This document shows, piece after piece, positions 36,903 to 52,800 of a stretch of DNA of 64,000 nucleotides. Under the pieces are notes generated by a model that did not search any database, was not told where the DNA came from, and worked only from the letters and a program-made list of their open reading frames with translations. The position numbers and the translations under genes were made by a program. Source of the DNA: Trichoplax adhaerens (lineage: Eukaryota; Animalia; Placozoa); NCBI RefSeq assembly GCF_000150275.1, contig NW_002060948.1:3423183-3487182 (forward strand), read 5' to 3'. The number at the start of each line of letters is the position of its first letter. Within the stretch, counting starts at the first letter, position 1.

Positions 36903-39900
36903 AATTTCGGGAATATTCTATCGATTTTCGTTTAAAGGTTGCTCGTTACTCGTTTGTGTTAATTTCGTGATTGAAAAAGGATGTCCACTTCATTTACGGT
37001 AACTAGTAATCACATATGTGTTCTTTATAAGCATTCTACAGTCCCTTCATTGAAATACTGTATACATAAGTTATTCAAGTCTGCAAATTCTTTCTATTTT
37101 CGTTCATGATTTCATTTTTATGAATGATCCAAAAAATAAACGATGTGTATATTATAATATGATATTATTTAACTGCACGGGTATATTGATAATCTCCTAA
37201 CATAAAGGAATTGCGCTACTATGACTTAGTTCGTACTTTATAACCATGATTGCTGATACTGTCGAAGCAGTTAAAATAATTGCACAATCAAAATCTTGCT
37301 TAGATATTGCATTTTTTTTCTCGTCTGGCAATCAATTGACTTGAAAATAGATTTGATCTCAGCTACCTTACGATGAGTATTCTTGAAAGAGGTTGTAATA
37401 GTATAACTAATTACTAGGTATATAAGCGTTGCTTTGCATACTGCATTGCGTTGATACACTACTGCTAAGGTTAGTCAAATAGTTCCAGCATTCGCGTTCC
37501 GCAGCAAGTTATTTTTGGTATCGTTGCAGTCAACTTCCAGAGCTGTGGTATACTGTATTAATTATAAGAATTTACCTCTTTTCTTGCTAGCCCAACTAAG
37601 CCGCAATAAAATCTAGTCTTACCCAGTTTCTGTAATGATAATATTCAATATCGATAGTACTATTTTGTAGCTCATTTACAAGGTGTAATGGCTAAATTTT
37701 ATGAGCGAAGGTATCCGCGTAGACTATTCTTGCTATTTGCAACTTGAGATAAAAGGCCTAGAGGAAATTTTTCAAGGTTGGAATTAGCTGAAGTTAGCTT
37801 TTAGATTACTGCGTCGATGTTCTACTATCAGCTCTGTTCTGCTCACGAAAACGTCGACACAGGAGACAAAAATCATGACAAACAAATTTTGATCTGGTCT
37901 ATCGGTCAATGAGTATTGTAGGACAAAAATCTGCATTCTCACAAGTAGATACCCTATAATAGGACAGTAGTCCTGCAGATGTGATAAGTTGGTGCTAGAC
38001 CAGATTTTAGACAATCTGGTAAATTACTATGACTGCATGATCACACTATTGCAATTATACAAGGCTGAGCTCATGCCAAAGTATCCCATCTTTTAGCCCT
38101 AGAACTGCAAGATCTGCCAAAATGACGGCGTAAAAATTGGAAGATTACTGGACTCATCGAGATAAAAGAACGTGTATAGTTGCAGTATACTGTAGGTAAT
38201 TATGGTAAGGTCTGTGTGAGCAATACAATCAGCTCACTTAGAAAATTTTATATATAAAATTGCGAATTTAAGTTTTCCAAGTATATCAGCGTTTGCAGTA
38301 CCCATAGGCCATAGCATTAGCAATGCCCTGTAGTACTTAAAAGAGCCCATAGCAATGACATAAAATTGAGTTGATAACTAGACAGGCTTTAAATGCAATT
38401 TCATTTTCCGTTCTAAGGATTTGTATATACAACTATTCCAATGGTATCTTATAAAAAAGTATGATTATATGATAGAATCATTTAAACAGGATCCATTATT
38501 CCAACTAACCCTAACAGTATATATCATAGGTACAGCATGATCCTTTTCCAATCAGATGAATCAGCACATATTATATGCGGGCATTTTTTTACGAAATCCG
38601 GTAAATTTTTTATATGTAGAAAGAGTAAGCTCTCATGTCGATTGGTGCATATATCATGTTACATTGGTTAATACTAAAGTGTTTAACTTCATATTAAAGA
38701 ATTGGAAACGAAAAAGATCACGCTGTATATATTTTATATCACACACTATTGTTATGTCAATTTTAAGTCAAGGGTAATGGATTTCTTAAGGTAGTAGAGA
38801 TTATAAACGAGTAAAACACAACTAGATGAGCACGATAGACCATTCGTAGTACAGAATTTGATGTAAGCATACAATATTCTCCAGAACGAATTTCATACGC
38901 GTGCTATACATCAACAGTTTCTTGTCTCTACAAGAGATTGAACTGAAAGTCATCGGTGATCGAATTATTTTCAGTATCGAGGAAAATCCCTTAGTATTAT
39001 CTTACTTTCTATCGTTGTTTAAGTGCATCTATTTAGTAATAAGTGCCTGGTAAAAACCTTTTATGCTTATTTTATATTTATACAGTACATGAGCGCCGAT
39101 AACAACAGTCCTCCTATTTTCTCTAAGCTACGTATATAAACAAATTAAAACACGCTTTCATTCAATATTACTACACTATATCAATTCGGGTTATATAGTC
39201 CCAAACTCTTCATCTTGGACTACTGTACAGACTACTGAAGAAAAAAACTCTAATCTATCATCTCGCCAGTTCTAAATATTACCCACTTTAGCGTAGCACT
39301 AATAGTTCATTTTGTTACTTTGGTGAGAAAAGACCAGTGTTATTTGCAGTTGCCCTGTGCCATTGATGAAAAGCAACGGTGGTACAAACTATTTTTAATG
39401 ATAAAATACGTTTTCCTATTTTATAAACTAATAACGAAAACAAGGATTTATTGAAAGCATCGATTTGGAAAACAGAATAGAGTAATAGTGTATGAAACTT
39501 CGGTGCTGATTGCATTGATATTATACACTTTCAACAACATTTACTTCCGTAGAAATTATCATAACACATTATAGAATGGGGGGAAATCTTAATAGATATC
39601 ATAGTATGATAGTAGGGATATCTACACACTAACTAATTCGTATTCTGCCACTCCAACCATACTATCAGTCTATCTATCAGTCGTTTGCCTTTCTATCCTG
39701 TAAAATACGAGATTACAATTGATAGCTAGGAATTAAAAGAGCCGTAGAGAAGGCGTCAATCTCGGTTCTAGAAAAGCTTTCCTTAATACGTGATATATCA
39801 ACCTGGGAAAATAATTGATTTCTTTTATTTCAAGAAGAAAAATATAATAAAATTGAAAAATGAATGACAGCTAAGAATGTTATTGTCGTGAACAATAATG

Positions 39901-40099
39901 GTGATGAATAAATTGAAAGTATTGTCTTTTTTAATTATAAGTTTTACTTCTATCTATCTATCTATAGTTTATAGTCGAGTAGGCGATGTTAAATTGTTTA
40001 AAGTCAATAAAAGCTTAATACCGAGATCGATTTTTTTCATCTATCGATCAACGAACGACTTGTTGATTGTAGCCGTATCTGTAAAACAGAATACAAGTT

Positions 40100-43000
40100 A
40101 TGTCGAGTTTCTATCGTTTCATGACGACTGTCCTTGTGGCAGTAATCCTATCTAACGCGCCATACTGTCAAGGCGATAATGATGATCATCCTCGAGGACA
40201 TTTCGACCGCCTTGGTAGCCACATTGATTCTGATGGTCATGTCGAAATATACGATGAAATCCCAACAGCCCAAAAGTTTTGGGAAAAGCATGTTCGACAT
40301 AGGTTACCAGCCGTATTTCGTGGCGCAGCTAAAAATTTTGAAGCTTTCAACTTGTGGACAGATGACTATTTAAGGAAAAATTATGGTGACCTCGAAGTAA
40401 AACTAGAAGCAAAAGCAGAAAAAAAAAATGTACCTATTGGAACTAAAGGCAAAGGAAGGGATACCATTGCCGATTTCTTGGACAGCTATGTCAAGAAAGA
40501 TTCTTATATCGTCTCACAATTGCCTGATCCGATGTCTCCTGAAATCGGTGTTTTACCTTGTATAACCTGTGGTTCTTTTAAAAATCGCATCTTGGAAGCT
40601 AATTTATGGCTCAGTAGTGGTGGTACTAAATCTCTCCTACATAAAGATGCAGGTAAAAAAGTTAAGCTATCGATACAAGGTTACTATCTTTCAATTTTTC
40701 TAGTCGAAGTTTTATTTATAGAAACTGAACTTTCCAATTAAAATATTTAGTTGATTAAGGTAAATTTCAAATTGTCAACTCCTTTTTTGATGCTCGGTGC
40801 CATAACGCTTAGTTTAGAAGTAAAGCTAGAAAATTTTGGCCTAACTTAATGTTACCATACTATAAACGTGTAAGCTGATAATAACAGCGATTTCTCATTC
40901 GCCATGACCTTATAGCCGTTTATGTTAAGATCGATGTTTAGTATCCGCTAAATTAGGCACTTGAGACATTTAACAGCTTCATAGATATTCTCTATCATAG
41001 ACTTTTGTGGAATAGAGTTCGAACTGAAAACCTACATTTTACTTTGCAATTTTTCAATTTATAAACGCTACCTTGACTCTTGAATAGCGAATAAAGATAA
41101 TTTATAATAAAAATCTATACTTAGTACTTGTTCAAAGTATGCTACGATATGAATTGTTAGCATCTTTATAATGATATTAATTCAATGTTATTCATACACG
41201 GGAATGAATAGACAACGCTATTAATTGCCTCCTGAATGGAACCAAAGATTGGCTTTTAATCCACCCTAAATACGAAAAATTCATTCCAATGGCCAAAGAA
41301 GCCAAATCAGAAGTTGGCGGATTCTCCACTATTAACGTGGATAAAGTCAATATTAAAAAATATCCCAACTTTAAGAAAGTCCATTACAACCATGCTAATC
41401 TATCACCAGGAGATTGTTTATACTTGCCTTATGGTATGTCAGCTAGTTGAGTTTTAAATAAATCTTTCTATTCACTTTATTCCACTATGGGAATATTGAA
41501 CTCGTTTAACCGAAAATGTCGATCAATTTAACTTGGTTATGTTCGAAAATAGATTTGTTTATGGTAGAGAGATTTAAGCACTTCAATGACAATAGTTGTT
41601 GATTAAATCAAAATGAAATTACGAAGAGGCTAATAAGGTTTAAAATATTATGTGTTCAACTAGCTTATTTGCATCAAGTTCGATCTTATGGCTCGAAAAA
41701 TATGGCTGTTTCTGTACTCCTTGCAGCCGGACTCACTCACGAAAAGACTTTTAATAATGAGGATTGTGAATCCAAAGACTACAAAGTTTTTCCAAAACTG
41801 ACTGAAGTCAACATGGTGTGGACTTATCCAGGACATGGTCCACAAACACTAGGTAGCATGGATCCAATGGAACTGAGGTAAATTTGTTTCAATATTATTA
41901 AACTAGAATAATCTACTTGCGTTGATAATAACTAGATGCAAAATAATACAAGCCTATGGCAGGTGTATTATTTCTGGATAGTCATGATATTCTACAATCT
42001 TCATCAATCTTGTAAATGCTTTTAAATACAAAATACAACAGGGATAGCATTTTGAAACTCTTTAAGAAAAAGGATAAAGTACCGAGCGACAGATTCTTGC
42101 AAGAAGTTACAGCTGTAAGGAATCAAAAATAATCATATAAGATCAATTTTGTTTTAAACACAAAATGACTTTGAAAGAATCTTAGTTAAGCTGGATATTT
42201 TTTGCTGCAGATGGATGATGAAGAAGATGAAGGTTCCGGCATGATTAAAATTCAACATAAAGCTGTAAGTCCTTATTAGTGTAATATTATTAGAGTAGCA
42301 AAGTAAAGGCCCGTTCATAATAAATAACCAATTGATGACCTCTACTCCAGATGCTATAAAAGTAATCATTTCTACTTTGGATAAAATTTTAGTATACAAA
42401 ACATTTTGGGCTGGATAAGAAAAAATATGTAACTGCAGAAGAGGTTAATAAAATTCCATTTGAGCAATGGAAAGCATTAGCTGTTGATATGGATCCCGAT
42501 CCAGCAAATACAGAAGAATATGAATACGCCTTATTTGATGTTAAGCAATTTCAGTATGGCATAGAATTAACTATATAGCATTTTGATATTGAAGTAACGA
42601 TATTCACACCCACATCTAGGAAGTTTAAAATAACAAAATAGCCACTCGTGTCTGTAATGTTTACACGAAATGGTGATTCTACTACAGGAATTTACTTATT
42701 TTTCTCTCTCTCGCTTTCAATGTAAATAGAAACGTTGTACGGAAATCTATGAACCAGAAAAGTGGAGAATTAGATTCTGAAAAGTTTATTAAAAATTATA
42801 TGGTAGACAATTAAAAATTACATAAGAAATTTTATTGCCATCCCTCAGTAGCTATACTCGTATATGTGTAAATCATAATTAATTAGTGATCAATTATACT
42901 TTTTTGAAGATGTTATTATAGTATTGATGTTTAACTAGAGCAGTATCATAGAAGACAGTAACAGCTTTATATCCACTTGTGTTATAATCTTACTATCATT

Positions 43001-43593
43001 GCTATGATAAATTTATAGTACTTTTCTTTTTTTAAATGTAGAAAATCGGTGGTTCGGAAAAGATTGCAAATGATGTAAGTACTAAGACAGTAATTAATTT
43101 CACAAAGAATTAAAGTGAACATAGTTTATGTGAGCTTACTTATAAATACCGAGAAAATACGATTTCGATACGGATATAGTATGATAATCTTTTTCAATTT
43201 TAAATAAAGTTGAAAAGCTTAAGATGTTAACAATTTTAATGCAAGTAGCTAAACAAGCTAATCGTTAATTGCGTTTATGACATGTAGCTGCTGGAAAAAT
43301 TCGACAGTAACAACGACAAAGTTATTGACGGGAATGACTTGGAGAAAACTGCCGAAAAGGTTCTCAGTCTTTTTAAAGAACATTCTATGCCCCCAAAGAA
43401 GGTCGAGGTTAAAGATGAAGACTATCTCAGAGAAGAAGCAGAAACAGAAGAAGAAGGATTACCAGGTGATGAAGGAGATGATTTGATGGGTGATGAATCG
43501 GAGGGCGAAGGTGAATATCGTGAAGGCGAAGAACCTGAGGAAAGAGCTCCAAGAGATGATGATGAAAACAGAGATTATCACGATGAACTTTAA
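40100..43593 (+). CDS. ER-lumenal JmjC (cupin_8) oxygenase with EF-hand and HDEL, paralog A
   Basis: Nine inferred exons: 40100-40652, 41212-41433, 41664-41877, 42042-42114, 42211-42264, ~42393-42552, ~42730-42802, ~43042-43074, ~43288-43593. Signal peptide; LWLSSGGTKSLLHKDA (HxD), GTKDW, PGDCLYLP, YLHQVRS (distal His); EF loop DSNNDKVIDGND; acidic tail; C-terminal HDEL. Confidence 0.85.
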
Positions 43594-45071
43594 GCAAGTT
43601 ATTTAATCATAATAGGACAAGTAATAACATCGACAATATTATTAATTCGAAGTATTTCCTTTCAATATATCCATACACTAATGCAACATTAATATACCTT
43701 TAGGACTGCAGGCGATAAAAATGCAAAGATAACCAAATCAGCATGATTAAATGCAAGTCCACACGATTCAATGCCAAACATAGCCAATTAATGTGACTTT
43801 AAAGCGATAAAAATTAATCTTCGTACTGAAAACTTCTTGTCTTGATATGTTGAATAGCCTAACCTGATATACTATACAATAATTTAATTTAATTTCGTAA
43901 ATAAAGCATTTTCTTATTTAACCTATTTGTTATCAATGCGAGTAATATTTATGAGTGATATTTTAATTAGCATCGAATGAAAATTTCAGCGCTATATTTT
44001 TATCTCATGAATGAGTTACCGCATGATGGAGTAGACCGCGATCCAAAAATCGCGAAATTAAATGCATGCTGTTAGATTATATTTAAAAACCAAAATATTT
44101 ACGAGTGGAGATAGAATCTCTATTACTAACCGAAATTGTCATGCAAGCAAATATCTCGATATTATTTTACTATATATTGCAAAGTTGAACGGCTAGGAAG
44201 AGTAATGAATTATAATAATAGCAGGAATATTATATTTCATGGCAGTAGCAAAGAAAAACAGTAAAGTACAATTATAAACATTGCCAATTTTTAAATATTG
44301 AATTAGATTAATTCTGAATACATCTCTCAATAACATAAAAAATCTGGAATATGTTTCTTTCATTGATTTGTTTATTACAGAGCATAGTAAATAATAATTA
44401 ATTGACGGTGTGTAAATAATAGACTACCGATTACTGTAATAACAGAGCAATCGTAGCCAAGCTAACTGTAGGGCTTAGCTCTAAACTACAGCAAGACATT
44501 TAAATCAATTCTAAGTGAATTTAGAGTTTATCAAGTTTCCATTTTATTTAAAGTGATTAATGATCTATAAATTTAAATTACAGTTATCCTTGTTTGTGCA
44601 ACAGTGCAACTTTCCAATTTTTACATCTTAAAGGTCTGCATAATATGCCTATGGGATACAATCTTGCAGTAGCCATTCCAAGAAACAAAGCTAGATTTCG
44701 AACATAGTTTGAACACTAATGTCATGGATTAAAAAGTAAATACGCGGAAGTAGCACTAACTTGACTCCAGATTGTAAATAAACAATAAACAATATAATCA
44801 CATGTTTGTAAATAGTCATGGTAATTGAAAGTATATTAATAAATAGAAATAAATGATTTCTTAATCGAGGTGCACAATGTTAAAGATGTTTATTCCATTA
44901 GGAAATCGTATTTTCTCTGACATTAAATCTTATAATACTGATCAGAAAACTTAGTTCGCTGATAAATGCTGCCATCCGTGGATAATCGGCATTAAGGTTA
45001 AGTTAATATTATTTCACTAAACATTTTGATTATTTAAAATTTCAATTGAGTGGTTGAACTTGATTCAGGTA

Positions 45072-48000
45072 TCACAGCTCATCTAATATTCGTCCATCTT
45101 TTCTTTGTCTATTAAACTCTAATCTGTCGTTATCATCATCGTCAGATTGCTCTAATTCCTCATCTTCCAGCTTGTTTTCATCTTTTTCATCTATGATGGA
45201 GTCATTTTCATCTTCGTTCCGATCATCTTCTGGCTCATCTGCTTCATTACTATTATTTTGTTCATATTCCTCGTCTAGAATATCTTTATATATTTCTAAA
45301 GCTTTCGGAAGATTTCTCTGCACTTCATTTTTATCTATGATGTTATCCTTATCTTCGTCCAAGGTATTAATAAACTATTTAAAAAATTACATCGAAAATG
45401 ACTCAAATTATCGAGACACATATTGTGTTCATGTTTTAAACATTAAAAATCTTGCGAGATATCTACCTTTGAAGCGAAATAATCGGAACCACCAAGTTTC
45501 TAAAAGTTATCAAGTACATAATTATTCTATCAGTACCAAGAAATTTGATATTTTTAAAATCACTCGTATATCCTGGATTTAAATTGTCATGATAGAAATA
45601 CTTAAAGTGACCTTGTATTTGTCAGTAAATTTTTGTTGATCGAAATAACCTTTACTTTCTATAGACGCTTTAGCAATTCGTCTAGAAATAGAAAGTCAAT
45701 TTCAGTATTAATCACAGTAATAAAATGTTGAAGTTTCAGAATAGCTACACTATTCCTCCTTATCAAGAAGTAATTAAAAATTATTATAGGCAATGGGTTT
45801 GTTATAATATCCATTAACGAAACCTAACGGAGAAGTAGTCCAAAACCATTGCCTCGTAATTCAAATCATTTTCTGGGTTAGTTGCTAGCTCCTGAAGAGT
45901 TCTGATCTCATTGTAGACATTTACTGGAATTGAAAGTAGCTGTTGATAGGTAATATATTTTTGGCTGAAATCAATCCATTTCTCAAGCTATGTCAAATAT
46001 AAGCATAATAAACCATGCCTGTTAATATTGTAAAGTATTCTTAAAGGTATAGTATCATCTTATTAGATTTTATATAACACGATATGAAACCAGTATCCGA
46101 TCGTAGATAATCCAAATTTATAATATTAAATTCCGTATCGATATCAAATTCGCCATTGTCACTGTTTAGCATACAGACTTACAATCTTAATAACAGCCTG
46201 AAATATCCTCACTTTGCGAGATTCCTAGTATGCAAAAATGTACATTTAGTCAACTACAACCAATAGAGTCAGCGAATCTGATTCTATAGTCGTTTATATA
46301 GTTTACTGTACTGTATATTACATTTGCACTTTTAATATTAAATGCAGTACTTAAACCATATCAGTTCGAATGATGTTGATGAATATAGAAATTATTGACT
46401 GCCGGTAATCTTCGCTTACTATTTTCAGCCGCTTTCGAAATACTGCTAAATCTATTTTCTCTGGCTTACCATGGAAAAATAATTGTAAGAATTGGTTACT
46501 AGATGGTAGATAAATTGGAAAGAAAATGTTACCTTTAAACGGCGCTACTCTACTTATTTTAGTGCAACAGGTGAACAGAACATCTTTCATAATATTGAAA
46601 TTTTGATACTTTTCACACACACACTCATGGGATACTTGAAACTATAGCACTAAATCTTATTATAGCAGTAGGCAAGAAATAAATAAATACAAATGGGATT
46701 GTACTAGTGGATTACTCGGCACTGAAATATGAGCCATTCCACTCCTATAACAAATTCTATGGCATAAAACATCCATTAAAGATTGGGAAAACAACTAATA
46801 TCACATTTGTAACCAACGGCAATAGATTAATTTCTGTATTTTATTATAGTAACTTAATGCACAAATCTGGCTACAGGTTATATCATGCACAGAGAAATAT
46901 TCAGCAGAAACTCTTCCAGTTAAAGAAGTACATATAATTTTATCTCAGAAAAAATTTTGTAGATTCGGAGAAACGTAAAGGTGCATTTTTTTAAAAACTT
47001 AAAATGAAATAATCATTTCGATACGGATAAACGGCACAGGCACTTACGCGCTTTCTATTTGCAAACGGTTACCGAAGGTCATATGCCCGTAGCCAGGATA
47101 TCGTAAAGACATTGGCACATTACTTAAAGTAGCACTTTCAACGTGATCGCAACCAGTTTGGTTAAATATCTTAAAATCTTTCTTACTAATATCGAAAAGA
47201 ATGGTGTAAGCCAAATTTTTCGATCCTATGGAACTTACTTGATGAAAGTGACCTATAAAGGGAATGAGACAGCTTTTTTATCTCTTGTCGCAATTATTTT
47301 CAGTTACACTTATATGATGGACATCAGCAACGTAAACTCTTCACCTTTTCGGCGAAAATTACTACAATTTATTTAGACGTATGTTACCTTACTTAGATAT
47401 ACTGTACTAGTACGGCAACCTATTTTATTCTTATAGGTATACTGTATGTCCTTCTGGTTGAAAATTCGAGTTAATTTTTTTACCTCTAGGTAGGTAGATG
47501 CAGTCACCAGAAGTAGCATTAGCAAAACGCCAAGGAACTTTACCCACTTTAGGATATCGATATAGATCTACTTTATCGACATTAATTGAGCAATGTCGAC
47601 CCCCTATGCCATAACTACTTTCTACACCTAAATATTTACTGTACTTTGGCTCCATAAAAAGCCAGTTTTTCTGTCCAACCAGCAAACAATTCAGTGTAAA
47701 TACTAGAATAAAGTATAAAGTTATTCGATTGTAACAACACGCAATTAATCCCATCACTATTGACAACCTATCAGAATATTTGAAACGATCACCATACAAG
47801 AGTTCACATTTTAGCTCAGAACAACAAACTAAGTGAGCTAAACAAATCGAATCGGAGTTCTACTCCACTTACTTGGGTCACTATGTAATCGACTTCGGGT
47901 ACTGCCAGAACTAAACCAAAGATGACTCTCCCTAATTCGGTTAGAAATAGATCCACATGCCATAAATGACGGGACAAGAATATCCTTGTGCATTGGAGCA

Positions 48001-48413
48001 GGCATCTCTGATACTATATAAACTTTTCTATCTTCGTATGTATCTAGGAAGTTGGAGAGTTGATCGAATCCTAGCCCCAAACTTCCGATCGGTTTCCTCT
48101 GATCTTCGGTTTTGCCTTCAATTTTAAATATAAATTTACCAAAATTGCTCTTTAAATAGCGATCATTCCATAAATTAAAAGCGGGCGAAGAGCCAATAGC
48201 ATTTTTAATCAAAACGGGTCTTGATTTGCTAAGATAATTTTCCCAAAACTCTCTTGGCGTCGGCAAACTGGTTAATGTGTCAATATGCCCATCAGGGTCA
48301 CGTTGCATTCCTAATGGCTGGTTATGTCCACGCAAATCATCACTGGTTGTGCATACATTGATACTAAGAAATAGAAATAGGGTCTTCATGTAAATAGCAT
48401 AACCTATGGCCAT
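45072..48413 (-). CDS. ER-lumenal JmjC/EF-hand protein, paralog B
   Basis: Same exon pattern as A. Signal peptide; LWFSSGSTRSRLHSD, GQKNW, SGDCIYLP, HFHQVSS; EF loop DEDKDNIIDKNE; ends LDEL. Confidence 0.8.
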
Positions 48414-49804
48414 GGCTCCTCTTAATTTAGTTAATCAACCACCACGGTATATTGAAATATATATAGAAAAATTTCTTTCGACAACGGTACCAAAATTAGT
48501 TTATTAGTGGCTAAAGCTACCCATTAAGGCGATCTTTTGACTCTAATAACATTTATTCATTTTCAAGGAAATCAAATAGGCCAAATTCATGAACTATCTT
48601 GGTATAAAGTATAAATACAGCTAAAATGATAACTCAACAATAATTACTTCGTTATCTATTGAATTATTCTCAGGGCAACCGAAAGTGATGAGCAATTTGA
48701 CGAAAGTATCGCACGGTACAAAGGAGTAAGTAGATCATCTTATCTGCCTATTCACACTATTGCCTTATAGTCTGAAATTGCTGTCTTTCTATCCCTCTTT
48801 ATTGGGCTAATAACAAATACTATACAATTAATCATAAGTAAGCATCATTGCGAGCATTATTATTCATATATTCCTTTGTTAATTATTATACAGCAGCGAG
48901 ATTGTTGTAATCTATTATATTAATAAACTAGAGACCACATCGGTAAGGCTAAGTGTCCATATCATTGATTAGTAGAAAGAAGCTACGACTCTTAGATTTG
49001 CATACTAGTTTATAGACTTCTAGATGCCTAAAAGTCCATGAGAAGGAACATCTAGTAATCTATATAAAAGTTAACGCCTCCATACTGGGGATGTCATTGA
49101 ATAAATTAGGCCATTTGACTATGGCTGATAGATGACAGTGTAGAGATTTTGAGCTATGTCTTATAGATTTGAAGACATAAGTATCTCCTATGTAATGTAT
49201 CATATTACCTTTATAACTCATTGCATCGAAATTTTAGGTCTTTTGCAGAAATGAACTAGCAAAACAGGACGCAATCAAAATAATAAATTGAGAAGTTATT
49301 TATTCAGATACTAGAGGTGTCATTAACTGTATTTTAGAGAAAGATTATAATTTCAATCTAATATTGGTAAACATAGTACTAAGATCATATGGAATAAATA
49401 TGCATGTAGTTATTGTTTACTATCATATTTTCTATAGTAATAGGATTAACTGACAACACTTTTAGTTTGGAGATGAATTACTTTAAAAAATCTTATTATT
49501 ACTGAGTAAATGCAGTATTCAGTACTTTCCGAAGAGTATCGATAAATAGGGTGATTGATAGTACAGGTAATAATTGTAGTAAATTACGCTATAACATTGT
49601 CAATAGTAAATAAAAATCTCACTATAATTTTAAGTGTTACTAATATTCTAGTCTATGCAGTAAATGATTTCATCTCCATTAGATATTACTAGTATTTTCA
49701 AATGTCTTATCTATTTTTTGAATTTTAAAATTTAAGTTCATACCAAGTCCAATATTATATAAAAAGATATTTACTGATAAAATATTACTAATATTTAAAT
49801 CCGC

Positions 49805-52800
49805 TCATAGTTCATCGCGGCGTCGCAATAATTTTATTAAATCTTCTTCATCGATATTTCGTAAATTTTCGGGTAATTCTTTACTTCTCAACAATTCTCT
49901 TATACGTTCAAACTCGTCATCTTCATCATGCTCACCACGATCATCATCCTCTTCTTCTTCTTCGCTTATATAGCAAATTTCTGACGTCGTGTGAACTGTC
50001 ATTATCTTTCACGGTTTCGCTATAAGGCTCTACTGTCTTATTTAAATTGTCTTTTAATTCGTTTATATCGATTATACCATCTTTATTTCCATCCAATGCA
50101 GATATTATCTGTGATAGTAATACAAATAAAGAATTCTTTCAAATAATGGACGACCCAAGAATTGGAATAGAACAATTTATTTGCTTTCACCATTAGCTAC
50201 AGTTTTGCATGCCATTGCTACATGGAAAAGGCATAGCATAATCATCGAAATTTTCTTACTAACCTCTTGAGCGTACTTATTAGACCCACCAATTTCCTGA
50301 AATGGATGGATTATGTAGTTAGCATGCGTATGGCTTTTCTTATTATTATATAATAATTAAGTTTCGAACTCAGCTGATAAGTGATATATCTTACGTCTTA
50401 TATAATTTACCTTATAGGCATTCGTAAACTGATTCTTATCAAGTTGCTTGCTGCCTTTATCATAGGCGGCTTTAATAATTTCCCTAGCATCATCCAATAA
50501 ATCAAAAAAATATAAGCTCATAGTAAGTTTATTATCAACAACGATTTAATAAAATTAGTATAATTTAAGCAAAAATTATAGTGATTAGTGCAGCTTATCA
50601 CCAGTACTCTACTGACCTGATCATTTTCCTGTGAAAATGAAGACGTTCATAATTAATATTGTTATGAGGCCGAGCATCTAATTCTAATATGGTTTGAATT
50701 GCTTTCCAAGCTGGTATTGGAATTGATTGTATTTGCTCTTTGGTAATGTTACCACTAAGGTCGATATGTTTTTTAAACTAAAAAAGCGAAATCGAATTAA
50801 ATATAATAAGATGATAGACCATATGGTGCTATACTGCGAAACGATGTATGATCTATCTAGTTCAATGTAAGGTTAACTGAGAATCTCCCTCACCAAATCT
50901 ATAGCTTTATTTACCGTAACCGTTGAAGTGGCAAACTGGAGAAAAAGTGAATAAAAAGAATTTAAATGAACAATGAGTAATTTTATATAGCAGAGTATAT
51001 ATAATATTCATCACTTACTATTCTAAAATAAAAAGACAAGCTTGATATAAATCAAGCGCTTACAGATTAATTTTAATAGACAACTAAATCGATGTTTTAG
51101 TTCATTAGCTACTAGTGTCCTTGACGATCGCTACTGTATTGGAATTTTTCGAAGGATTTGATGTTACCTCATTAAGCAGCAGCTTAAGATTTTCTAAATC
51201 GCTTGGAAGCCCTCTCGATTCGAGTTCGTGTACAAAATTTCCCCTAATTAATAGATATTTTACAGGATTATATCTCTTTGGAATTGAACGTCAATACAAG
51301 TACAAGTTATAAATAATTTGTTACTTCCAGCTATACAATTTACTAACATACCGGCTTTGGACAGGATTAATATTACCCATGCTCATGTGGCCATTACCTG
51401 GATAATCCCAAACTAATTCAATACTGTTTAAATTTTTAATTTTTGCCTTTTTGCAATCTTGACGCTGCAAGTATTCTAGATCGTGATAGTCAGTTCTATC
51501 TAGTAGTACTGAAAACCCTACATTGTGCTTTCCTTTGAAACTTACGATTTGAGAATAACCTGCATTGAAAGAGTAATAAGTAATCATCAAGGGTCAATAA
51601 TTTAAAATCGTGACAAACTATCGCCGAACTAAAGTTTAAAAATCAGTTACGAGCATACAGCAAGAATAGCACCCTAGGGTTATAACAGATATTAAGTTGT
51701 AAATAGAGTAAAAGCCTGATAGAACGTATATCAGATTAGCTGAAATGAAATTTCTCGTTAGCCCTGTACAGCGTGTAGGATAATTGCTACGATACAAAAA
51801 AATTTCAAGATGATAATTTAATGGTGAAATTTATCAGAGCTTTAGATGCTATCACTATGAAACGCGATAAAAATTATTTCCTAAAGTGTTGCATTCTATA
51901 AAACTGATTATAGAATTTGTAATGATGAAACTTTACTCGTTTTGCTAATAAAATTTCACGATTGACAAACATGTTAAGAAAATTATTATAATTCAGACGC
52001 AAGATAACGGTTCGTATTTCTTTTCTGTTAGCAGTTACATTAAAGGTTAGGAATGCATACAATAATTCAATATAAAACACAAATGCCGCTGGTAACTTTA
52101 TACATATTAAATAAATTAGTTTCCTTGCATCTTGAAAGGAAATCTAATCCTGATAAAGAACTACAACGTGTTGGTTTTAATCATAGCGGTAAAAGAAAAA
52201 AGCTTTTTCTTTCAAATTGCTTATTCTTTTACCTCTATGGCTTTCACATGCTCATTTGGGTTAGAATGACTTTGATTAGCATCATTCTGATTTATAATAA
52301 CGGCTACTTTATCATTAATGTTAACTGTAGTAACGATAATTTCATTTTAATGTCTTTCAAGATTATTTACCATGCGGAACATATAAACAATCGCCTCCTT
52401 TCACTTCGGCATAATGCCAGGGGACGGATGTTTCAGAACGCAAACATCCTCGTATTTCATCATCGTCGAGATAAGCGACATTGGATGTATCGAAATCGGC
52501 AATTTCACATTTGGAATGTAATTTCTCGTTATATTTAGATTCAATAAGAGCCCATTCTTCTTTTCCGCGTAATAAGCAGTGAAGCATGGATGCTAGAAGT
52601 GCGTAAAGATAAGACAGAATTATGAAAGATTATCGTATTAATGGCAATGTAATTTAACGCCATTCACAAGATGACATCTGTAGTCCTATTTGTTACTTAC
52701 GCGAATCTCGCTGCCACTGGGTATGATGAGCGCCGAGACTGATCAACAAATTACTGGCGAGAATACTACGAGTAATTGGACCACATGTTAAAAACGGCAT

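Noticed and set aside
37271-40155. Small ORFs between the FAX-like gene and JmjC paralog A
   Set aside because: No recognisable motifs; composition is typical of random AT-rich frames.
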